In this document: positions 19,011 to 28,200 of the stretch, one piece after another | How positions within the stretch are numbered: the stretch's first letter is position 1 | Layout of the letters: every line of letters begins with the position of its first letter | DNA from: Dehalococcoidia bacterium | Lineage (GTDB): Bacteria; Chloroflexota; Dehalococcoidia; Lucifugimonadales; UBA6952 | Assembly (NCBI GenBank): GCA_022450525.1 | Contig: JAKUQA010000005.1 | Coordinates: 4,475 to 68,474 of the forward strand | Length of the DNA stretch: 64,000 nt | Direction of reading: 5' to 3' | Notes under the pieces: generated by a model | Seen by the model: the letters and a program-made list of their open reading frames with translations, nothing else | The model's database searches: none | Told to the model about the DNA's origin: nothing | Translations under genes and position numbers: made by a program

Positions 19011-19565
19011 ATGACTGAACAACAGGCTATGTTAAGCCCTCTAACTATCTTAGATAAAATTAAAGAAAACAACGTTACTCATGTGATTTATCTGCCTGAC
19101 AGTGAGACTAATCATTTATTCATTGCCATGGAAGAAGATCCAAATATTGAAGTTATCACTGTTGGAAGAGAAGCCGAAACAATGGCCATAGCAGCAGGTG
19201 TAATTGTTGGTGGGAAAATACCAGTTTGCTTGGTGCAAAATACTGGCATGATGGAATCTGGAGATTCTATTCGTGGCCTTGGACTAGACTGTAACCTACC
19301 AATAGTTATGATTATTGGGTACCGTGGCTGGACTAGATGGGGTATAACTCCTGACTCAGCAGCAAGACTTACTGAACCAACTCTTAACGCATGGGGAATA
19401 CAATACTACCTCGTTGAACATGACGGAGATGCTGATCGAATCACACTTGCATTTCAAACTGCAGCAGCAACTCAAAAACCTGTAGCTGTTCTCGTAGGTG
19501 ATGAATATCACGGATTCAACAGAATGAATTTGGATGAAGAAAGAAAAATAATCAAAGAAGGATAA
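19011..19565 (+). CDS. comD: Sulfopyruvate/phosphonopyruvate decarboxylase alpha subunit-like (ThDP Pyr domain)
   Basis: YLPDS, GREAETMAIAAG, LVQNTGM; start reassigned to ATG 19011 behind a GGAGG RBS. Confidence 0.75.
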   Translation: MTEQQAMLSPLTILDKIKENNVTHVIYLPDSETNHLFIAMEEDPNIEVITVGREAETMAIAAGVIVGGKIPVCLVQNTGMMESGDSIRGLGLDCNLPIVMIIGYRGWTRWGITPDSAARLTEPTLNAWGIQYYLVEHDGDADRITLAFQTAAATQKPVAVLVGDEYHGFNRMNLDEERKIIKEG

Positions 19566-19614
19566 TTTATTTTATCAGACAAATGTTTATAAAATATTAG
19601 TATCGAGGTCAACT

Positions 19615-20202
19615 ATGATAAATAACGACGATTTAATGGCAGAAATAAAAAAGTTTAGAGGTAAAGCAATAGCGATACCTACTATGACTGGATCCCGTGG
19701 GTGGTTAGATTCCAGTGAACAACCATCTAGAGATGTAAGTGTTGGCGGTGCTATGGGTAAAGCTTCAAACTTTGCAATGGGATTAGCATTAGCGCAACCT
19801 GATACAAAGGTAGTTTGTTTTGATGGTGACGGAAGTCTTAATATGAATCTAGGTACGATGATGACTATTGCCGGAGCAAAACCAAAAAATCTGATTCACT
19901 TTGTACTTAATAATGGATATTTCTCAGTTACTGGTGGTCAACCTATTGCTGCAGCTGATGAAGCTAATTTTTCACAAATGGCTGCTGGAGCAGGGTATGC
20001 TGCTTCATACGAATTCGATAACATAGAGGATTTTGCTGGAAAAGTAGAAGAAATTTTCACAGCTGAAGGCCCAATTTTTGTTCATATCCATTCTGTCCCT
20101 GAAATACAAAATGAGCCAATTGGAAGACGAACTAGAGATCCCAGAAATCGTTCAACAAATGACGCCATAAAAGATCTCCGAAAAGAACTAGGCACACTTT
20201 AA
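19615..20202 (+). CDS. comE: Sulfopyruvate/phosphonopyruvate decarboxylase beta subunit-like (ThDP PP domain), copy 1
   Basis: GAMGKAS, DGDGSLNMNLG..HFVLNNG..TGGQP. Confidence 0.75.
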   Translation: MINNDDLMAEIKKFRGKAIAIPTMTGSRGWLDSSEQPSRDVSVGGAMGKASNFAMGLALAQPDTKVVCFDGDGSLNMNLGTMMTIAGAKPKNLIHFVLNNGYFSVTGGQPIAAADEANFSQMAAGAGYAASYEFDNIEDFAGKVEEIFTAEGPIFVHIHSVPEIQNEPIGRRTRDPRNRSTNDAIKDLRKELGTL

Positions 20203-20216
20203 TTTAGATATACCAA

Positions 20217-20783
20217 ATGTTGCTTGAAAATTGTCTCACCGAGCTTGGAAAATATCGTAAGAATGAAGTTGTCGTTGCTTGTGAATCAAGTAGCCATGTA
20301 TGGAATTCTGTTAGCAATAATCAAAATTTAGATATCTATTTTGAAGATTGTATGGGTAAAGGTTCCTCGCTCGGCTTAGGTATTGCTTTAGCAAAGCCCA
20401 CTAATAAAGTTATTGTTTTGGATGGCGATGGAAGTTTGTTGATGAATCTAGGTTCATTAGCAACAGTTAGCGAAATTCAGCCCCAAAATTTCATCCATTT
20501 TGTAGTCCAAAATGGTTCATATGCAGGATCAGGAAGTCAACCAATACCTTCAAGTAGCCAACTTTCCTTTTCAAAAATGGCCGATGCAGTTGGTTATGCA
20601 AAAACATTTGAATTTGATAATATCGAAGATTTCACCTTAGATCTTGAAACTATATTAAATACACCAGGACCAATATTTGTAACCTTAAAAGTAGAAAATG
20701 ATCCTAATTATATTGCTCCAAAGACAAAACATGAACTAAAAGACAGCATAGAACTTGTCAAATTACATCTAAATAATTCTTAA
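20217..20783 (+). CDS. comE: Sulfopyruvate/phosphonopyruvate decarboxylase beta subunit-like, copy 2
   Basis: CMGKGS, DGDGSLLMNLG..HFVVQNG..SGSQP. Confidence 0.72.
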   Translation: MLLENCLTELGKYRKNEVVVACESSSHVWNSVSNNQNLDIYFEDCMGKGSSLGLGIALAKPTNKVIVLDGDGSLLMNLGSLATVSEIQPQNFIHFVVQNGSYAGSGSQPIPSSSQLSFSKMADAVGYAKTFEFDNIEDFTLDLETILNTPGPIFVTLKVENDPNYIAPKTKHELKDSIELVKLHLNNS

Positions 20784-21421
20784 GCTTTATTTGGCATAAC
20801 GACTACTTTGCGGTTATACCCTGAACCATAACTTTCTGTTTTAACACCTGGGTGATCTGCTAAAGCTGTATGAATTACCCTTCGTTCCGAAGCGGTCATT
20901 GGCTCCAAAGTTATTGAACGTTTATTATTCATTACCCTATCAGCAACTTTAGCTGCCAATGTATTTAATGATTGTGATCTTCTTTCTTTATATTGTTCTA
21001 TATCTAATGTAACAAAAGAATCGACACTATTAGATCTTAATATTCTATTTAAAATAAATTGAAGTGCACTTAGATTTTCACCCTTTTTACCTATCAGCAA
21101 ACCAGCATCCTCACCCTGTATATCAATAACTGGACCTTTGTTTTTACTATTATTTACAGTCCTAATCGTTGCTAAAGCATCTACATCTAAGAAAGATAAT
21201 ATTTCATTTAGATATGTAATCGCAGTACCAGAAGCTGCAGATGAATCTCCAAGCCTAGTCACCTTAACCGTTGCTTCTGTAGCACCAATACCAAAAAGAC
21301 CTGATTTTCCTTCTGATATTATATCTATTGATACTTCATCTCTGCTTGCGTCTAGCTCTATTAGAGCTATTTCTATTGCGTCTTCTACTGTCTTGCCGCT
21401 TATTTTTATACTGTTTCTCAT
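20780..21421 (-). CDS. jag: RNA-binding protein Jag/KhpB (Jag_N, KH, R3H)
   Basis: GKTVEDAIEIAL, GLFGIG, GLLIGKKGENL, LEPMTASERRVIH. Confidence 0.95.
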   Translation of the reverse strand: MRNSIKISGKTVEDAIEIALIELDASRDEVSIDIISEGKSGLFGIGATEATVKVTRLGDSSAASGTAITYLNEILSFLDVDALATIRTVNNSKNKGPVIDIQGEDAGLLIGKKGENLSALQFILNRILRSNSVDSFVTLDIEQYKERRSQSLNTLAAKVADRVMNNKRSITLEPMTASERRVIHTALADHPGVKTESYGSGYNRKVVVMPNKA

Positions 21422-22214
21422 CTAAATCCTCCTCTTCTGAAGAAATATCTTCTTCATTTATTTTTGATGGTTTTACTGGTACAGAATTGTTTGTATCTGC
21501 ACTTGGTATCAAACCTCCCCAACCTGCAACAAAGTATTGAACTGCTATACCTACTAAATTACTTGTCATCCAATACATAGATAAGCCAGAAGGGAATTGT
21601 AAACATAAAAATCCAAACATAAATGGCATCATCCACAACATCATTTTTTGTGTCTGTTGCTGCCTAGGGTCTGTAGATTCCATCATGGACATTTTTTGCA
21701 AAACCCACATTGATCCACCTACAAATAATGCAAATAACGCTACAGGTTGTCCTAAATCTAGTCCTAAAAAGGTACTATTTAAAGGTATAGCTGTATCCAA
21801 AAATTCCAATGAATCATACATATGAGAGGTTAAACTTGCAAAATTTTCTGGAAAAGTAGGAATAAGCGCATATATACACCAATATAAACTTATCCATATG
21901 GGCATTTGAATTACCAATGGCCCCAAACAACCTAATGGACTAATTCCTTCTTCTTTATAAATTCGCATAGTTTCTTGCCCTCTACGCTGCGAATCATTTG
22001 CATATTTCTTTTGAATTGCCTGTAGTCTAGGGCCAAGTACTGCAAGCTTTTTTGTAGAACGTATTTGTTTAAGTCTTAAGGGCAACATTATTATATTTAC
22101 TATTAAAGTAAATACAATAATTGTCAGCCCAAAATTATTTCCTAAGAATGTATATAAGATTATTAAGCTATTTAGCATTGGATCAAATATCAATGCATTC
22201 CATAAATCTCCCAT
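21336..22214 (-). CDS. yidC: Membrane protein insertase YidC/Oxa1, short form without periplasmic domain
   Basis: LPLRLKQIRS, LQAIQKKY, YKEEGISPLGCLGPLVIQMPIWISLY, FPSGLSMYW; basic C-terminal tail. Confidence 0.95.
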   Translation of the reverse strand: MGDLWNALIFDPMLNSLIILYTFLGNNFGLTIIVFTLIVNIIMLPLRLKQIRSTKKLAVLGPRLQAIQKKYANDSQRRGQETMRIYKEEGISPLGCLGPLVIQMPIWISLYWCIYALIPTFPENFASLTSHMYDSLEFLDTAIPLNSTFLGLDLGQPVALFALFVGGSMWVLQKMSMMESTDPRQQQTQKMMLWMMPFMFGFLCLQFPSGLSMYWMTSNLVGIAVQYFVAGWGGLIPSADTNNSVPVKPSKINEEDISSEEEDLDEKQYKNKRQDSRRRNRNSSNRARRKQR

Positions 22215-22221
22215 AATACCT

Positions 22222-23562
22222 CTATTTCTCCGTTACTGATAAACAGCCTATTGCATCTTTATGCAAATCTTTTTTACATAAGAATTTTTTCTCACTTGAA
22301 TGAAAGTACATAGTTCTATCCATTGCCAAAGGTTCTGAAGGAATACCTTGCCATGATTCATCAGAACCATGTTTCACAGGAGAAAGCTCTACAGTATTAC
22401 TTGATTGAAAAGAACTTGAAGAAACTTCCCAAATGTTACCTGAAATAGAATCTACAATAATCAATGTGTCATCTAGTAATATTGGAGAACTAGTTATTAA
22501 AATATCTTCACCCGCTTTTTGACCTCTATTCTTTAACTGAACAGATGCCATATTTTTCTTTCGGCCTGAAGTATCTATTTCAAATTTATATAATCTTCCA
22601 TTTGTAGTGACGGTATATATTTGATTATCATTAATCAATGAGCCAGCCCAAAATCTTCCACTTGCCTTTTCAGTATCATCGAATAGCGTCGTAATAATTG
22701 ATCCATCTTTTTTATTTATCACATAGATATTTCTATCAAGAGACGTAATTATGAACATACCAGATAATGCAGATGGTTTAGATATTAAAGCAGATTTATT
22801 AGCTGTTTGAAAAAAAGTAGCATTTGGTATTTTCGTAGTTCCATCATATACATCTAAAGAATAAATTGATCCATCTAATGAAGAAAGATAAACCTTACCA
22901 GCGTCTACTAGAGGTGAATCATACATTGACCCTAATACCGACTCAGGTTGGCAAATTGCAGTAGTAACTTCTCCGTTATAGCACCATTTTATATTTCCAG
23001 TATCAATACTTATTGCCAAAATAAAACCTTTTGATGTACCCATTATAGCTAATCCATCATGTACAGTAATATTTCCAATTAAGGTATCAGGTTGATGTCT
23101 GGGTCCAAAACTTAAAAAGCTAAAAAACCCACCACTAGAATTAGCTTTGGATAAAGGGTCTATAAAATTACACCACTTTAAACTTAAATCGGGATATCTG
23201 AGTCCCACAACCAAACCGCTATAATATCCAACAACTAATGTACTATTATTGGCACTGTAAGCAGGAGTGCTATAAATAGCATCTCCAGCCTTATCCAAAT
23301 AATCTGAATCACAATTCTGGTGGCTATCCTCAGGAGAGAACTTGGCAGCTGGTCTTTGATTTTCAGATTCACCAGTCACAGGAAGTAAATTAGTATCTGC
23401 AACAAAAACCATACCTTTTTCAGACATACTAATAACAGATTCTTCAACTAAGATTGGACTTGCCCAGCCATAATCTGCTGTGAATCTGTCACTATCACAA
23501 CCTGATAAAATCACTATTGAGATTATCATCATATAAGTTAAAATGTTTTTCTTTTTAAACAT
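22222..23562 (-). CDS. PQQ-like (BamB-type) beta-propeller lipoprotein
   Basis: From ATG 23562: KKK, hydrophobic stretch, lipobox LSG-C; about 8 blade repeats such as SPLVDAGKVYLSSLDGSIYSLD and ILAISIDTGNIKW. Confidence 0.8.
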   Translation of the reverse strand: MFKKKNILTYMMIISIVILSGCDSDRFTADYGWASPILVEESVISMSEKGMVFVADTNLLPVTGESENQRPAAKFSPEDSHQNCDSDYLDKAGDAIYSTPAYSANNSTLVVGYYSGLVVGLRYPDLSLKWCNFIDPLSKANSSGGFFSFLSFGPRHQPDTLIGNITVHDGLAIMGTSKGFILAISIDTGNIKWCYNGEVTTAICQPESVLGSMYDSPLVDAGKVYLSSLDGSIYSLDVYDGTTKIPNATFFQTANKSALISKPSALSGMFIITSLDRNIYVINKKDGSIITTLFDDTEKASGRFWAGSLINDNQIYTVTTNGRLYKFEIDTSGRKKNMASVQLKNRGQKAGEDILITSSPILLDDTLIIVDSISGNIWEVSSSSFQSSNTVELSPVKHGSDESWQGIPSEPLAMDRTMYFHSSEKKFLCKKDLHKDAIGCLSVTEK

Positions 23563-23587
23563 AGATTGAAAGTCTAAATTAATTAAG

Positions 23588-23800
23588 TTACTTTGGGATC
23601 GGGTCATATCCTTTTCCACCTAAAGGGTTACATCGTAATAGTCTTTTCACTGTTAAAAAAAACCCTTTGAATGTTCCGAATTTTTTTATAGCTTCTATAG
23701 AATATTGAGAACATGTTGGTTCATATCTGCATACAGAAGGCATGTATGGTGATATTCCTTTTTGATATAACCTAATTATTTTTATTGCTACTGATGCCAC
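23588..23800 (-). CDS. yidD: Membrane protein insertion efficiency factor YidD
   Basis: YQKGISP..CRYEPTCSQYSIEAI..RLLRCNPLGGKGYDPIP. Confidence 0.96.
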   Translation of the reverse strand: MASVAIKIIRLYQKGISPYMPSVCRYEPTCSQYSIEAIKKFGTFKGFFLTVKRLLRCNPLGGKGYDPIPK

Positions 23801-23825
23801 TTTATTTCACTTACTATTTATAGGT

Positions 23826-24149
23826 TCACTGTAGTAGTTCTAATTTACCACAAATTTTTTTGAGATCTTCCGTTAATTCATCATAACTGGTATTTCTTAT
23901 TCCTACTCTTGCTACGACAACTATGTCCCATCCAGGCTTTAATTTAAAATCACCAATTATATTTTTTAGTCTTCGTTTAACCAAATTACGAGAAACTGCA
24001 GTTCCTATTCTCTTACTTATTGAATATCCTATTCTTGTGGATATTTGAGAATTTTTCTTTATCTTTACTCTCATATATCTACTTGAATAACCATAATTTA
24101 AACTATGGACTGATTTAAACTCCACCGTTTTTTTTATGGTCTTGTACAT
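23826..24149 (-). CDS. rnpA: Ribonuclease P protein component
   Basis: RIGYSISKRIGTAVSRNLVKRRLK (RNR-type motif); position after rpmH. Confidence 0.93.
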   Translation of the reverse strand: MYKTIKKTVEFKSVHSLNYGYSSRYMRVKIKKNSQISTRIGYSISKRIGTAVSRNLVKRRLKNIIGDFKLKPGWDIVVVARVGIRNTSYDELTEDLKKICGKLELLQ

Positions 24150-24205
24150 AAAATACCAATAAGCAAAATTATTATACGAAACAATACAGGATTGACTTAA
24201 TGAGG

Positions 24206-24343
24206 CTATACAGTTAGAGAATGACGACCTTTAGTGCGTCGGCGACTTAATACAGCACGACCACCTTTTGTGCTCATTCTACTTCGAAAACCGTGCACTC
24301 TAAGTCTTCTACGTTTTTTTGGTTGATAAGTTCTCTTAGGCAT
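24206..24343 (-). CDS. rpmH: 50S ribosomal protein L34 (45 aa; missing from the ORF track)
   Basis: My translation: [45 protein letters not shown]. Confidence 0.97.
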   Translation of the reverse strand: MPKRTYQPKKRRRLRVHGFRSRMSTKGGRAVLSRRRTKGRHSLTV

Positions 24344-24378
24344 AACAAATTACAAAAAAATAAAAAATTTACCAACGG

Positions 24379-24408
24379 ATTATAGTTTCTATATATATAT
24401 TATGTCAA
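24379..24408 (-). promoter_or_regulatory. Consensus sigma70-type promoter of the rpmH operon
   Basis: Minus strand TTGACA (24408-24403), 18 nt spacer, TATAAT (24384-24379). Confidence 0.7.
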
Positions 24409-24467
24409 TTAATGTAACATATGATCTCTTGTGAATTTCGAAATCATTCAGATAAATATAAGTAGAT

Positions 24468-25226
24468 ATGTCGTCAAAAACAAAAAAAAGAATAGATTTT
24501 CTTGTACATGAATTAAATTTTGCAAATTCTCGATCTCATGCACAAGCTTTAATTATGGCTGGAAAGGTTTACGTAAATGATCAAAAGGTAACCAAACCAG
24601 GTACCTTATTTAACCCTGCTATTTCTACAATTAGAGTAAATCAATCAAAAAAGTTTGTTAGTCGAGGAGGGGAAAAACTTCAGCACGCTTTAGATACATT
24701 TAATATTCATATATCCGAAACCATCGCCCTTGATATTGGGGCCTCTACAGGAGGATTTACTGATTGTTTACTACAAAATGGTTCATCTAAAGTATATGCA
24801 CTTGATGTAGGTAAAAATCAATTAGATTATAAACTGCGAATCAATCCCAAAGTTGTAACTATGGAAGGAATTAATGCGAGAAATCCATTTGGTTTAGATG
24901 AAAAGGTAGATTTAATTACTATGGACGTTTCCTTTATATCCGCACGTTTATTGTTGAAGAATATTTCTACCTATTTAAAAAGTAATGGATCTATAATTTG
25001 GCTCTTAAAACCCCAATTTGAAGCTAAAAAAGAAGAGGTTGGAAGAAGAGGACTCATCAAAGATTACAAAACACATTCACTAATTATTGGAAGGCTAACA
25101 AACTGGCTAATAAATAATCAATTTTCTATCAAAAATTTCACTACTTCACCAATAAAAGGACAAACAGGAAATAAAGAATTCTTTGTACATCTAAAACTTA
25201 GTGAATACTTTCTACACGATCTTTAA
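24468..25226 (+). CDS. tlyA: TlyA family rRNA 2'-O-methyltransferase (S4 plus FtsJ domains)
   Basis: SRSHAQALIMAGKV, FVSRGGEKL, DIGASTGGFTDCLLQ, DVSFIS, KPQFE. Confidence 0.95.
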   Translation: MSSKTKKRIDFLVHELNFANSRSHAQALIMAGKVYVNDQKVTKPGTLFNPAISTIRVNQSKKFVSRGGEKLQHALDTFNIHISETIALDIGASTGGFTDCLLQNGSSKVYALDVGKNQLDYKLRINPKVVTMEGINARNPFGLDEKVDLITMDVSFISARLLLKNISTYLKSNGSIIWLLKPQFEAKKEEVGRRGLIKDYKTHSLIIGRLTNWLINNQFSIKNFTTSPIKGQTGNKEFFVHLKLSEYFLHDL

Positions 25227-28200
25227 TTTCAAAAATAAAGTTAAATAATTTATCAAGAGTATCTATATTTGAGTAAGTAGAAACCTTACAATTTAAACTT
25301 CTGTTTTTTACATTAATATCAAGTTCATTATTACTTTCTAATATATACTTTAAAGATTTTATTGTTTGATCAAATCGGATGTGATAAATATTTTCGTTTA
25401 ATATAATAGAATTAATCCCACATTGAAAACTCATTAATCGTAGACGTGCAACAATAAATAAATTCTCAAATTCTGGAGGAATTTGACCATATTTATCGGT
25501 AATTTCTGATTTAAGTTCATATAAATCTCCAATATTATCAATTTCTGCTAAATCATTGTAGAGAGAAATACGTGTGGAAACTTCCGGAATAAATTCTGTA
25601 GGAATTAATGCATTCAAGTTTAATTTTAGATGTGGGCCTTTTTGTTCTTTATCTTCAAATGGTTTTGCATCATTATCATTAAGCAATTCCTGACCTTTTA
25701 CTTTTTTCATTGCATGAGAAATCATTTTCATATAGAGATCAAAACCTATTGTCGTAATATGACCACTCTGTTTCTTACCAAGAACTTGTCCTGCTCCTCG
25801 AATTTCTAAATCCCTACTTGCTACTCTGTAGCCAGAACCTATATCAGAAGATGCCAAAATAGTATCTAATCTTGCTTGTGCAGGTGGAGTGACAATTTTA
25901 AATTCTGGGATTGTGAAATACGCATATCCTTGTCTATAACTCCGACCAATTCGACCTCTTAATTGATATAATTGGGCAAGTCCAAATCGGTCAGCATTAT
26001 CGACTATTAAGGTATTTACGGAAGGCAAATCTAATCCAGATTCGATTATGGTCGTACATACCAATATATCAAATTTCTTAGCTACAAAATCGGTCATAAC
26101 TTTATCTAAACTATCTGGCAACATTCTTCCATGAGCTACACCCACTCGTAAATTAGGGAGTAATTTTGTTAATTTACTCGCAATCATCTCAATAGAATGA
26201 ACTCGATTATGTAAATAATATACTTGGCCTTGACGAGATAATTCTCTTTTTATCGCTTCTGTGATTAATTCATCGCTCTCTTCAGATACAAAAGTTTTCA
26301 CTGGCAATCTGTATTCTGGCGCCGTGTCTATAGTACTCATGTCTTTTAATCCTGACATCGTCATACTAAGTGTCCTTGGTATAGGTGTTGCACTCATAGA
26401 TAAATAGTCAACTCCAAGGCGCATTTCTTTGAGTCGGTCTTTCTGAAGCACCCCAAACCGATGCTCTTCATCAACAATAACTAAACCTAAATTTTTTAAT
26501 TTTATATCTTTTTGTAATAGTCTATGAGTACCTATACAAATATCAACATTTCCTTTTAATAAATCATTAATAATCTCTTTTTGTTCATTTTTAGGAACTA
26601 ATCTACTCAACATTTTGACCGTAATAGGATACGGTTTTAATCGATTAACAAACGTCTCAAAATGCTGAGTTGCTAACACAGTTGTTGGTACTAAAATTAT
26701 AACCTGAGATCCCGAATCAACGGCCTTAAATGCAGATCGTAAAGCAACTTCCGTTTTCCCAAATCCGACATCACCACAAATTAATCTATCCATAGGAGTT
26801 GAAGATTCCATGTCTTCTTTTACCTCATTGATTACCCTGATTTGATCTTCAGTTTCAATATACGGAAAAGAATCTTCTAATTCTTTTTGCCATAAACTAT
26901 CACTAGGAAAACTTTTTCCTTTGGCTAAATTCCTCTGTGCATATAAATCTAGTAAATCTTTAGCGATCTCCAATGTGTCTTCTTCCACTTGTGCTTTCGT
27001 TCGCTTCCATTCCATTGTAGACAACCTTGATAAAGAGGGGTTTGAGCCATTCGATCCCTTATATAAACTAACTCTATGAGACATATGTGTTGGGACATAA
27101 ATCTTACCTTTATCGGCGTACTGTAAGACCATATATTCTTCACCGTCTCCATATTCACTCATGACAGTAGTTCCAATAAATTTCCCAATACCATGATCAA
27201 TGTGAACTACAAAAGAATTGATACTAAACTCATCGAGAGATACTGACGAAACACCTCGGGTTTTATTTTCATTAACTATAATATTCCGTTGTTTGCTGAA
27301 CCCAAAAATTTCATTATCACTAAGTATCAATACTTCTTCATTTTGTTCTATTACAAGTCCTTCTTTTAAATTACCTTCAACAATTGTAACGATATTTTTT
27401 TTGATAGCTTTTGTTTGATCTGTTAAAACATCGTAGGGTATTTCATATTCCTGAAATAATTCTTTGATTCTATTTAAATAAGATGACACAACAATTACTA
27501 CACCAGATTTAATTTTAACTTTTATATCACTTATCAATCTGTCAAATTGATTTTGATAGGATAAAATTGGTTTGATTGGAACATTAAATCCTTTTGACTG
27601 AATTTCTTTAATATCGATAACTTTATTCAGGCTTTCTATGTGATTATTAAATTCAGTATAAGAAAAATATGGGGATTGAAAATCAACAGGTAAGGTATTC
27701 GTTTTGATATAAATATTTTGACGATTAACTATTTCTTCATATAGTTCAAAATATTTCTCGAGTATTTTTTCTTTTCCATCAATAATTACTAAACCTGTGT
27801 TAGTAAAATAATCTAATAATGAACTTTTATTGTAGGTACCAGCATAAAAGTCTGGAAATTCGAAATTGTTACTGAATTTAACATCTCTCGAAAGTTGTTG
27901 AATGTTTTTAACGTCTTGCTTATGGTCGATTTGACCACCAAAGTATTCGATTGATGCGTCATTTGTTGGAAACACCACTTCGCTTACTGGATAAATAGTA
28001 ATTACATTTAGTACTTCTAAAGAAGTTTGAGTATTAGTGTCAAAACTGCGTAAACTTACCACTTCGTCTCCCCAGAATTCAATCCTAATTGGTTTTTCAT
28101 AGATCGGACAAAATATATCGACAATCCCGCCTCTTTGACTGCATTGTCCTTCCATTTCAGTAAACTTATTCAATTTATAGCCAAACTGTAAAAGTAAAAA

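Noticed and set aside
16528-20783. Complete coenzyme M biosynthesis pathway
   Set aside because: comB, comC and later steps are not seen; kept only as an open hypothesis in the findings
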